Shown: positions 8,975-19,246 of the stretch, piece by piece | Position numbering within the stretch: position 1 is the stretch's first letter | Layout of the letters: every line of letters starts with the position of its first letter | Assembly (NCBI GenBank): GCA_963826785.1 | Contig: CAWGYD010000001.1 | Span: 576,001-640,000 of the forward strand | Length of the DNA: 64,000 nucleotides | Origin: an uncultured delta proteobacterium | GTDB taxonomy: Bacteria; Desulfobacterota; Desulfobacteria; Desulfobacterales; Desulfosalsimonadaceae | Direction of reading: 5' to 3' | Notes under the pieces: model-generated | Databases searched by the model: none | What the model was told of the DNA's origin: nothing | The model's input: the letters and a program-made list of their open reading frames with translations, nothing else | Program-made: the position numbers and the translations under genes

Positions 8975-10606
8975 TCAAGATGAATTACATTGGGTCAGGG
9001 AGATAAGGTAGGTTCTCAGGTTGATTTTTTATATTTCAGGTTCAGTTTCTGTCTGATATTTTCGTGATATTTATGTGGAGGGATGATCTATAAACGGCAA
9101 TTTCCTTATTGGTCTTTGCTTCCCGGAATTGGCCACCATGACTTCCGTTGGGGTAAATTCAGATAGGTTGTCTGCAGCTTCCGCAGAACGGCGAGCTACT
9201 TGTTTGATATGCGATTTAATTGTCAGTATATACTCTTTTTCCACTGGCTGATTTTTTCCGATTCAACAATTTTTCAATATATGGGAAAATGTTTTTTTCC
9301 ATATTTTCAAAAACATCCATTTCAAAGTGTTCCTTGTCTTTTTCTCTTTGTTCAGAAGACTTTGAGCGCTGCGTTCATCTCCCCAAGCTTCGGGTTCTTT
9401 CCATAACACGATTCTCCAAAGATCATGGGACTTTTTCAATTCTCTTTCCGCTCTTTTCCGGTCGGAGATGTCCACAAAGGCATACAATATATGGAGGGGT
9501 TCCATTTCCGCGTCGCTGATGGTATTGACGGACAATTGCACATCAAATGTCGATTGGTCGCGACGCTTTACCATCAGTTCGCCTAACCAATTGCCTTTTT
9601 GTAGGATCGCCTTGTTAATTTCTCTGGCGTTTTTTTCCAATCCTGCAAAATTCTGGATCGGGTGGCCGATAATCTCTGCCGGAAAAGAACCGCCCCACAT
9701 CTCATAAAATGCGTCATTTACATAGGTTATATTTCCGTCGATATCCGTGATAGCCATCCCGTTGATGGAACTTGACAGCGCGATGTCCTTGATGCGCATT
9801 TGTTCCTGCATTCGCTTCTGTTCGGTCACATCCACAAAGGAACACATTATACAAATCGGCTGATTGGATGAATCCCTTATCAGGCTGGCGGACAGATGGA
9901 CCGTATTATACGATCCGTCCTTTCGCTTGCCGACAAACTCTCCTCGCCAATAACCTTTTTCTTTAACCACGCTAAAGATGTGCACCATCTCTTCCCAGGA
10001 TTGGGCGAATTTCGCCGCATAATTACCCGAAAGTTCAGATTTTTCACATCTCCAAATCTCGGCGGTGGCATCATTGGCAAAGGTGATTTTCCCTTTGATG
10101 TCGATTAAGATGATACCGGTAATGGATTTTTCAATGGCAATATCCTTAACCCTCATCTGCTCCAACAGTTCTTTTTTCTCGGTGATATCCATAAAGGAAT
10201 ACATCAGGCAGACGGGGATACCCTGTCTGTTCTGGACCAGGTTGGCCTGTAGATAAAGATAATTATGTGTGCCGTCCTTTCTGATGCCGGCAATTTCTCC
10301 GCTCCAGACACCGTCTGACATGGCGCCCTTAAATACCTCCAGGCTATTTTTCTTTGCAAGACTGAATTTCTCGGCAGATCTATTGATGTAATCCGATGGA
10401 TCGGTGCACCGCCACATCTTTACCGCTGCTTCGTTTGCATAAAATATTTTGCCTTTCAGATCCGCAAACACAATGCCGGTAATGGATGTATCGATGGCAT
10501 TGTTTTTAAGCCAAAGCATGTCTGCGGTTTTAGTAAAGTCAAGGTTCTCAAGGGGAAAGCCCCCGGGCGCAAATCGTAATTTTTCCTTCAGAACTTTTTC
10601 AGTCAT
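8975..10606 (-). pseudogene. multi-PAS sensor with C-terminal LuxR-type HTH, C-terminus broken by multiple indels
   Basis: Three tandem PAS/PAC repeats in ORF 9263..10606; out-of-frame continuation reads ...ENIRQKLNLKYKKINLRTYLISLTQCNSS* (stop at 8975). Confidence 0.75.
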
Positions 10607-10847
10607 GACGGACCTCTACGGATTGTGCTGCATAATTTTCTCTGTGAACCTAAGGGCTTTTTTTGTAAGCAATATTATCATTGAATCATATTTGACTTCA
10701 AAAAGAAAGAGGGAGTTTTTGCCTCCTGTTTTGCTCCTTTTTTTTGCCCATTAAATAGACTTGATCGGTCATCCGAAGACACTATATAGTTTTACCTAAC
10801 CAACATATAAGAATTTGTCATAAAAATGGAAAATCGGAGGTCGCCTT

Positions 10848-11639
10848 ATGAAGCTATTTACGAATTATTTATTAAAAACGCTGGTCATTGTTTTTCTTTG
10901 CATCGGACTGTCAGCACTTTCCGCTGAAGCCAGGCCGAAGTTTCAGATGCCGTTTCCATGCAACCAGTCATGGAGCTGCGCCACCTATACCAGTCACAAC
11001 CCGCTCTATGCTGCTGACTTCAACTGTTGCGGCGGATGCAACTCGGATTTGGGGAAGAAAGTGGTTGCATCCTATAAGGGGACCGTAAAAACATCAGCCT
11101 ATTCAACGACATCAGGATATGGGAATTATGTCGTTATAGACCATGGCAACGGATGGACCACCTGGTACTGCCATTTGAACAGCCGCAGTGTCGGCAAGGG
11201 GCAGAAAGTGACAAGGGGGCAGAAAATCGGCACGGTCGGCAACAGCAGCGCCAAATACAATCTTTGCGCCCATCTGCACTATGAACAGCGGCTAAACAAT
11301 GTCGTCAAGAAAATTTATTTTAACGGCAGCCAAATCCCTTATTACAAAACAGTCACCTTAAAAAGCAAAAACTGCACTTCGACTGTGTATAAAACCGGTA
11401 CGGTAAAAACATCAGGTGCCCCGCTCAATATACGTTCAGGGCCCTCAACTTCTTACTCGGTTGTCGGCACGGTTGCAAACGGTAGCAAGGTGACGATCTA
11501 TTGCCAGACCTATGGTCAGAGAATTTCCGGCCCATATGGCACCACCACTGTATGGGACCGTATCGGCGCAGGGAAATATGTTTCCGATGCCTACATTTAC
11601 ACCGGGTCTGATGGTCTGGTGGCACCGCTTTGCAAATAA
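10848..11639 (+). CDS. secreted M23 family metallopeptidase with C-terminal SH3-like domain
   Basis: Signal peptide; H..D in SHNPLYAADFN, GYGNYVVIDHGNGWTTWYCHL, AHLHYE; LNIRSGPSTSYSVVGTV SH3-like motif. Confidence 0.9.
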   Translation: MKLFTNYLLKTLVIVFLCIGLSALSAEARPKFQMPFPCNQSWSCATYTSHNPLYAADFNCCGGCNSDLGKKVVASYKGTVKTSAYSTTSGYGNYVVIDHGNGWTTWYCHLNSRSVGKGQKVTRGQKIGTVGNSSAKYNLCAHLHYEQRLNNVVKKIYFNGSQIPYYKTVTLKSKNCTSTVYKTGTVKTSGAPLNIRSGPSTSYSVVGTVANGSKVTIYCQTYGQRISGPYGTTTVWDRIGAGKYVSDAYIYTGSDGLVAPLCK

Positions 11640-11743
11640 GCAGGTAAGTCAGTTTATACATTTTATCAAATCGAGTTTTCTTACAGGATCGCATACGAAA
11701 TACAGCCGGGTTTTGACCAATACATAAAGATACAGGTTTAACA

Positions 11744-12814
11744 ATGAAACAGATTAAAAGCACAACGTTTATTACTTACCTGCTTGTTTTCGCAATTGGC
11801 GTTCTATCCGGTTGGAACCTGCATTCTTTTCCAGATCCAGACCATGAGCAAGAATATTATCATCAAACAAAGCGGATGGGTGCCGGCGTTGACAACATCA
11901 AAGCGCCGGCCCCGCCACCGGATTCCTCATACGAAAATAGAGAAACGGAATGCATCCCGTGTAATGAATTTAAGGACAAACAGATTTCACCGCATGCGGT
12001 TTTGTCCGAAAATGTATCCGACATCAAGGATAAATCTCCAAGCGGCAGCGAAATGCCCATCGATGAATCGATCTTGGAAAAGCCTGAGGCTGCGCTGCTC
12101 CAGATGGCAAAAGAGGACCCTGAAACATTCATCGAAAATGTTTTGGAACAGTATCGTCCTGAAACAGAACTCAACACCCGTGAATGGCTTGCGGATTTAA
12201 TGCGGTCTGCCAATCCCGGGACACTTGACAAGCTTTCTTTTAAATTGGCGGTCAGCGATGATCCGTTGAAAAGGCGGCTTGCTTTTGAATTGCTTCAGAA
12301 TAAGTCACTGGAAGATCCCGAGGTCTGGCAAACTGTTCTTTATGCCTTGGAAAATGAATATGATGCTGAAACACTTGCTTTGGCCTGCCGGGCAGCCAAT
12401 CCCGCATTGTTACCGGATCATGATGCAGATCAAATAGCGGACCGGCTGCGCAATCTTGCCAGGCATGAAGATCCTGCCGTAAGGGGTTGGAGCATCATTC
12501 AGCTTGCCGCATGGGATAAAGAAAGCGCAGATGTTGTGGAATTCATAAATGCCGGATTGATTGACACTTCCCCTGAAGTGATGAACTGCGCGCTATCGGC
12601 AATAAATGCGGCACACCTCCAGAACAGAGTTCTTCAGAGCAATCTCTTGAATATCGCATCTGATACCCGAATGCAGTTCGAAACCAGGGAAACTGCTGTG
12701 AGACTCTTGAGCGAAAGTCCGCTCAATGATTCTGAACGCAATCGCCTGAAGCTCTATGCCGGAGAACTGACAAGTCGTTATCAACAATCCGAAGGGTCAT
12801 CGGATAACGAATAA
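11744..12814 (+). CDS. N-terminally anchored HEAT-repeat-like protein
   Basis: Hydrophobic N-terminus, low-complexity linker, helical repeats (LARHEDPAVRGWSI, GLIDTSPEVMNCAL). Confidence 0.7.
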   Translation: MKQIKSTTFITYLLVFAIGVLSGWNLHSFPDPDHEQEYYHQTKRMGAGVDNIKAPAPPPDSSYENRETECIPCNEFKDKQISPHAVLSENVSDIKDKSPSGSEMPIDESILEKPEAALLQMAKEDPETFIENVLEQYRPETELNTREWLADLMRSANPGTLDKLSFKLAVSDDPLKRRLAFELLQNKSLEDPEVWQTVLYALENEYDAETLALACRAANPALLPDHDADQIADRLRNLARHEDPAVRGWSIIQLAAWDKESADVVEFINAGLIDTSPEVMNCALSAINAAHLQNRVLQSNLLNIASDTRMQFETRETAVRLLSESPLNDSERNRLKLYAGELTSRYQQSEGSSDNE

Positions 12815-12816
12815 AA

Positions 12817-12900
12817 CGATAGATTAGAGTTAGATCAGTTGCGAGGCGTAAACGTAAAGCCACGGGTCTCATGAAGAGCCCCGGATCGGCAGATAACAAT
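12817..12900 (+). ncRNA. degenerate GEMM-I (c-di-GMP-I / cGAMP) riboswitch-like motif
   Basis: GCGA tetraloop followed by ACGTAAAGCCACGGGTCTC, matching the GEMM-I core GACG(C/G)AAAGCCACGGGUCU; P2 pairing is poor. Confidence 0.35.
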
Positions 12901-12964
12901 CAAAAAAAAAGGGGGCAAAAAGGGGGAATAATCTTAAGGAGATGTGTAGACAATTTTAACCTTT

Positions 12965-13236
12965 TCAAAAGCCGGAGATGAAATTAAAACCGATGTTGTG
13001 ATTACGCCACCGAATATCAATCCGTTTGAAATCACCGACATGAAGGTCCATGATGGCACGAACATACGTTTTGAAATGGAAAAAAAATCAAATCAGACCC
13101 CAGACAGTTTATCCTTCATATTACCAACATCAAACCGGATCCGGGCCGCTATTTTGATAAAATTATGCTGACAACCACCAGTACCATCAGTCCGGATATT
13201 GATATCCGCGGATTTGGTATTATCCGGAAAAAATAA
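12965..13236 (+). pseudogene. C-terminal remnant of a probable DUF1573-type protein
   Basis: SKAGDEIKTDVVITPPNINPFEITDMKVHDGTNIRFEME / QFILHITNIKPDPGRYFDKIMLTTTSTISPDIDIRGFGIIRKK*; one frameshift, no start; family from recall. Confidence 0.5.
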
Positions 13237-13344
13237 TCGATTTCCTGTCCCTTGAGCTATCTTATAGTGGGCAGAGCATGTGCTCAGCATGCGACTGCCA
13301 GGCGGGACAGATACATGGTGCTGTTGAACCGCTCAAGAACAAAG

Positions 13345-13387
13345 AAAAGCCCGGTCTGCTCGCAAACGCAGACCGGGCTTTTATTTT
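13345..13387. terminator. intrinsic terminator downstream of fhs, possibly bidirectional
   Basis: aaaagcccggtctgc-tcgcaaac-gcagaccgggctttt with A and T tracts on either side. Confidence 0.85.
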
Positions 13388-13394
13388 ATCTGGT

Positions 13395-15159
13395 TTAGAA
13401 CAGGCCGGATACCTTTCCGGTGGCCGGATCCACGTCGATTCTTCTGAAGGCCGGGTTGGAACCGGTTCCGGGCATCAGGCTGATGGTGCCTGCGCAGGGG
13501 CAGAGGAACTTCGCGCCGGAGTAGATGAGCACGTCGCGGATGGGCAGCCGCCATCCCTTGGGAACGCCCTTCTTGACCGGGTCGTGGGTCAGGGAAAGGT
13601 GGGTCTTGACCATCATGGTGGCAAAGTCGGCATACTTGGGATCTTTTTCCAGCATTTCGGCTTTGGCGTTGGCATCCGGTGCCCAGTCCACACCATCGGC
13701 GCCGTAAACTTCCTTGGCAATCAATTCCACGCGGTCGCGCAGCTTCATTTCCAGCGGATAGAGGAATTTGAAATCGTTTCCCTCTTCGCAGGCATCGATA
13801 ACCGCGTCGGCGAATTCCAGCGCGCCCTCGCCGCCTTTTTCCCAATGTTTGGACTCGGCGCAGCGGGCGCCGGCCGCTTCGGCAGCCTTCTTCACCAAGG
13901 CCACTTCCGCATCGGTGTCGGTGTAGAAACGGTTGATGCAGACCACCGGGTTGATGCCGGATTTGCGGATCACGCCGATCATGTGGACCATGTTTTCGCA
14001 GCCTTTCTCCACCAGGCTTGAGATTCTCCTTGGTGTAGGCTTCGTCAAGGGCCTTGCCCGCAACGACCTTGGGTCCGCCGCCGTGCATCTTCAGGGCGCG
14101 GATGGTGGCGGTCAGAATGGAGACATGGGGTTTTAAGCCGGAGAAGCGGCATTTCACGTTCCAGAATTTTTCAAATCCGATGTCTGCGGCAAATCCGGAT
14201 TCGGTGACGTGGTAATCCCAGAGTTTCAGGCCCACGCGGTCTGCGATAATCGAGCTCTGGCCCACGGCGATGTTGGCAAACGGGCCGGCATGCACCAGGC
14301 AGGGCTGATATTCGGCCGTGCTCATGAGGGTGGGGTTGATGGTGTTGCGCATAAAGGCCGCCATGGCATTTCCCACTTCGAGATCACGGCAGGTCACCGG
14401 TTTGCCGCTCTTGTCGAAAGCCACGGTGATATTGTTGATGCGCTCTTTCAGGTCGGCAAGATCCGTGGCCACGGCCAGGATGGCCATCAACTCGGAGCCC
14501 ACGGCGATGCCGAATTTGGACTGCATGGTGTAGCCGTCGGTGCGGCCGCCCAGGCCGATGACGATGTTTCTGAGCGCCTGGGCGCAGAAGTCGATGATCC
14601 AGCCCATTTCCACGCGGGTGGGGTCGATGTCGAGGCGGCGCATGCCGGTCAAGCGGGCCAGCTGCTCATCGTTGTAGTTTCTTTCATGCTGCATGCGGGC
14701 GGTCATGGCCACCATGCCCAGGTTGTGGGCGTTCATGATGTCGTTGATGTCGCCGGTAAGTCCCAGGGAGAATTCGGTCATGGGGATCAGCAGGGAGTTT
14801 CCGCCGCCGGCTGCGGTTCCTTTGACGTTCATGGTGGGGCCGCCGGAGGGCTGGCGCAGGGCACCGCCCACGCTTTTGCCCCGGGCGCCCAGGCCTTCCA
14901 TCAGGCCCAGCGATGTGGTGCTTTTGCCTTCACCCAGCGGAGTGGGGGTGATGGCGGTCACTTCGATGTATTTCCCGTCCGGTTTGTCTTTCAGACGGTT
15001 GATGACTTTCAGAAAGTCGATTTTGGACAGCCGGCCCATCGCCAGCATTTCTTCGGGCTCGAGTCCCAGCTTTTCTCTCCACGCTTCCGGCATGGGCATG
15101 TTCTTTTCCGCTTCTTCGGAAATCTGCCAGTCGGCCATTTTGGTTGCATCAAAAGCCAT
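13395..15159 (-). CDS. fhs: formate--tetrahydrofolate ligase (frameshift near 14015)
   Basis: [43 protein letters not shown]-terminus continues in ORF 13395..14063. Confidence 0.95.
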
Positions 15160-15353
15160 TTTCGTTTCTCCTTATCATTAAGGGGTTAATATACTAAGTG
15201 CCCAATATCATTATCACTTATGTATTTATATAAATTTTTACCCTTTTAGCACGAATCCGCTTCTTTGACAAGCGGTATATATATAGGGACCTGATAACCG
15301 TTTTTGCAACAAGAAAGATCGGACAGGGTATGGACACGCGTTTTGCGGGTTCA

Positions 15354-17322
15354 TCACGTTGTCCGTGACGGATGGTTCTGGAACTGATTGAGCCGGAAGT
15401 AGTAGCCTTTCTTTTCCATCAATTCGGCATGGGCGCCCGATTCGACAATTTTCCCGTCGTGGATCACCATGATCTTATCCGCAATCCTGGCGGTGCTCAG
15501 CCGGTGGGCGATGACCAGCATGGTGCGCAGCCGGCTCAGGTTGAGCAGGGCCTTCTGGATCTGATCTTCGGTGTTTGAATCGATATAGGAGGTGGCTTCA
15601 TCGAAGATGATCAGTTCGGGTTTGCTGGCCAATGCCCGGGCGATGGAAATCAGCTGCCGCTGCCCGGAAGACAGGGAGGCGCCGTGCTCGGAAAGCTCGG
15701 CGTCAAGTCCGTTTTCCATCTGCTGGATAAAGGACCGGCTCATGGACTGGGCCAGGATGGTGTCGATTTCTCCGGCGGTCAGGGATTGATCGGCCGGAAG
15801 GATGTTCTCCCGGATGGAGCCGGAAAAGAGAAAGGGGTCCTGGGTCACCAGGGCGATCCGGGAGCGCAGTTCGGCGGCGGCAAACCGCCGGATGTCGATG
15901 CCGTTTAACAGGATGCGGCCGGTGTCCGGATCATAGAACCGGCAGATCAGGTTGATGATGGAGGTCTTTCCAGCGCCGGTGGGCCCCACGATGGCGGTGG
16001 TCTTTCCGGCCTCCAGGGTGAAGGCGATCTGCTGGAGCACCGGTTCCCCGGGAATATAGGAGAAACAGACATCCTCAAATTCAAGTGAATCCAGCCGGGG
16101 CGGAATTCCCGATGCGATCATGGGCGGCCGGTTCGGGGATCGTGTCGGTTTCGTCTAAAATCAGAAACATCCGCTCGGCCGAGGAAAGGGCATTCTGGGT
16201 GATGTTGTATTTTTCAGCGATATCGCGCAGGGGCCGGAAGAACATCCGGATGTAGGAGATAAAAATCACTAAAGATCCCAGGGTGATCCGTTCGGCCAGC
16301 AGGCTGTATCCCCCGTAGAAAATGACAATGGCCAAAGCCACCGAACTCATCATTTCCACAAAGGGCATGAACAGGGCGAATACATTGATCTGGCGCATGC
16401 CGGCCAGGTAGTTTTCATGGTTCAGCGTCTTGAAATTTTCATAGTTGGCCCGCTCCCGGTTGAACAGCTGGATGACCTGGATGCCGCCGATGGTCTCGGA
16501 AAACCGGGAATTGATTTCCGCAATCTTGATGCGCAGGGTCCGAAAGGCCTCCCTGGCGCTGCCGGCAAATCGGAAGGCGGCGTAGAAAACCAGTGGAAAG
16601 AGGGCATATGTGGCCAGGGTCAGCCGCCAGTCGATGGTCAGCAGGACTAAAGTGATGCCGGCCAGCAGAAAGATGTCCTTGATCACGAAGATCAAAACGG
16701 AGTTGAACATTTCCTGCATGTTCTGCACGTCATTGGTCGCCCGGGTCACCAGCCGGCCTACCGGGTTGCGGTTGAAAAAACGGATGGAAAGCCCCTGGAT
16801 ATGGGCGAAAAGCGACATCCGCAGATCGTGCATGATTTTCTGGCCGGCAATTTCCATCAGCATGACCTGGCTGAAATTGACCCCGAAATTGAGCACCACC
16901 AGAAACAGAAGAAAAACCGCGATCCGGGCCACGCCCTTCAGGTCGTTTCTGCGCAGGTAGATGATTTCATCTGCCGGCAGGGTCCTGAGATGCTCATAGG
17001 AAATGCGGACGGCGCCGTCCGTTTTTTCAAAGAGCCGGGGATGCGCGTTTACGATGGCCGTCGCCTTTGGATCGGAAGGGCTTACCACCAGGTATCGCTT
17101 TTCTGCGGATTTTCCGGAGGTGCTCTGGGCGATTTCCCGGGGCACGATGTATTGGTCGATGGCGATTTTGGTCACATAGGGGATGGCCAGTTCGAACAAG
17201 GTGACAAAGACCATCAGGCCCAGCGCCGCCAGGAGCAGGAGCCGGTAGGGCCGGATATAGGGATACAACCGCACAAACAGTCGAAAATCGTGCGATTTGC
17301 CGAGTGTTTTCTCTTCAAACAT
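15354..17322 (-). CDS. ABC exporter permease/ATPase subunit (frameshift near 16100-16125)
   Basis: TMD in 16081..17322; NBD in 15354..16121 with GPTGAGKT, LSSGQRQ, FDEATS, AHRLST. Confidence 0.9.
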
Positions 17323-19045
17323 CGGTCATATTCTGCAGCAGAAAGGTTTTGGCATAATAGGGGCTGGAATCCATCAGTTCCTCGTGGGTTCCCGATGCGG
17401 CGATCCTGCCCTCATCAACGACGATAATGCGGTCTGCGAACATGACCGCGGAAAGCCGGTGGGAGACGATGATCACGGTCTTGTCTGCGGAAAGCGACTT
17501 GATGGTGTCGATGATGGCGGCGGCGGTTTCGGAATCCACCTGGCCCACGGGATCATCGAGCAGGACCACCGGTGTGTCGTGCATCAGGGCACGGGCCAGG
17601 ATGATCCGCTGCTTCTGACCGCCGGAAAGGATCACCCCCCGTTCACCCACCAGCGTGTTAAATCCATTGGGAAACTGCTGGATGGTGTCATACAGGGCGG
17701 CGGCCTTGGCCGCACAGATCAGGTCGGACTCATCCGCCTCGGCCCCGAAGGTCATGTTTTCCCGGATGGTCCCGGAAAACAGGTAGGGTTCCTGGGAGGC
17801 CAGGGCAATTTGTTCCCGAAGGTCATGCAGCCGGATGTTTTGGACATCCTTGCCGTCGATGGTGATTTTTCCGGACACGGCATCATAGAGCCTGGGGATC
17901 AGGTTGAGCAGGGTGGTCTTTCCGCCCCCCTGGGGACCGACAATGCCCAGGGTCGATCCCGCCGGGATTGACAGGTCGATTTCTTCCAGCACCGGCGCGC
18001 CGGAAGCGGAATAGGCGAAGCTGACGTTTGTAAATGCGATATCGCCCCGGGCCGCTTCAAGGGGCAGGGCGCCGGGCGCATCGGCGATGGCCGGCTTGAT
18101 GGTCAGGATCTTATCGATCCGGTCTAAAGAGGCGGTGCCGCGCTGAATCAGGTTGGTGACCCAGCCCAGGGCCATCATGGGCCACATGAGCAGGTTGAGA
18201 TAGCTGATGAACGCCACGAAATCACCGGGGGTGATCCGGTTGAGGATGGTTTCCCGGCCGCCCCAGAACAAAACGATGGTCTGGCTGATATTGGTCATCA
18301 GCAGCATCAGGGGGAAAAAAGAGCCCGTGATGCGCACCAGGTCGATGTTTTTCCGGATGTAGTCCGTGGAAACCGAATCAAGCCGCCGGTATTCGCTCTT
18401 CTCCCGGTTGAAGGCCTTGACGATCTTGATCCCGGAAAAGCTTTCCCGCACCACCTCGGTCATATCCGAAAAGGTCTTCTGGACCGTGGTGTAGCGCCGG
18501 TGCATCTTGCGGCCGAAGATCCGGGTGATCAAGATGATCATGGGCATGGGAATCAGGGTGTACAGGGTAAGCTCGACGCTGATGTAGGCCATGAAGCAGA
18601 TGGCGGCGCTGCCCAGGAAGACCGCGTCGGTCAGTGCCACCATTCCCATCCCCACCGCCATGCGGATATTGTTGATGTCGTTGGTGGCATGGGCCATCAG
18701 GTCGCCGGTTTTCACCGTGCCGAAATATGTGGGGGACAGGGTCTGGATGTGGGAGAAGATCCGGTTCCGGAGTTTTTTTTCCACCACCCGGGAGGTGCCG
18801 ATCAAAAACCGCCGCCAGATGTATCGCAGGATAGCCATGCACAGGGCAATCAGGGCGATATAGCCCGCATAGGCGGCCAGGCGGACCGGGGTCACCTGCA
18901 GGGTGGTCAGATCATCCACCGCGGCCTTGATGATCCGGGGGATGAACAGCTGCAGGATATCCACCACCATCAGGCAGACGATGCCCGATGCAATCAGCAG
19001 CCGCCGTTCAGCGAAATAGGGTTTGACTAAGTACCAGGATTTCAT
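17315..19045 (-). CDS. ABC exporter permease/ATPase subunit, degenerate-site partner of a heterodimer
   Basis: GPQGGGKT, LSGGQKQR, Walker B LLDD (Asp in place of catalytic Glu). Confidence 0.92.
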   Translation of the reverse strand: MKSWYLVKPYFAERRLLIASGIVCLMVVDILQLFIPRIIKAAVDDLTTLQVTPVRLAAYAGYIALIALCMAILRYIWRRFLIGTSRVVEKKLRNRIFSHIQTLSPTYFGTVKTGDLMAHATNDINNIRMAVGMGMVALTDAVFLGSAAICFMAYISVELTLYTLIPMPMIILITRIFGRKMHRRYTTVQKTFSDMTEVVRESFSGIKIVKAFNREKSEYRRLDSVSTDYIRKNIDLVRITGSFFPLMLLMTNISQTIVLFWGGRETILNRITPGDFVAFISYLNLLMWPMMALGWVTNLIQRGTASLDRIDKILTIKPAIADAPGALPLEAARGDIAFTNVSFAYSASGAPVLEEIDLSIPAGSTLGIVGPQGGGKTTLLNLIPRLYDAVSGKITIDGKDVQNIRLHDLREQIALASQEPYLFSGTIRENMTFGAEADESDLICAAKAAALYDTIQQFPNGFNTLVGERGVILSGGQKQRIILARALMHDTPVVLLDDPVGQVDSETAAAIIDTIKSLSADKTVIIVSHRLSAVMFADRIIVVDEGRIAASGTHEELMDSSPYYAKTFLLQNMTDV

Positions 19046-19246
19046 GAAATGGCCTCTTTACTCCACGAAGGGCTTACACTCTGGGCCGTTGGGTGTAAAG
19101 CCTTTTTTAGTGAGACAAACATAAAAGCAAACGCATGAGCGGTCAGGCAATTGTATAAAGACGATTGAAAATAAAAATAGGTATGATATAGGGTTATTGC
19201 AGTTAAATAAAACTGATTTTTCATGAAATCAAAAGGATAGATTCGA

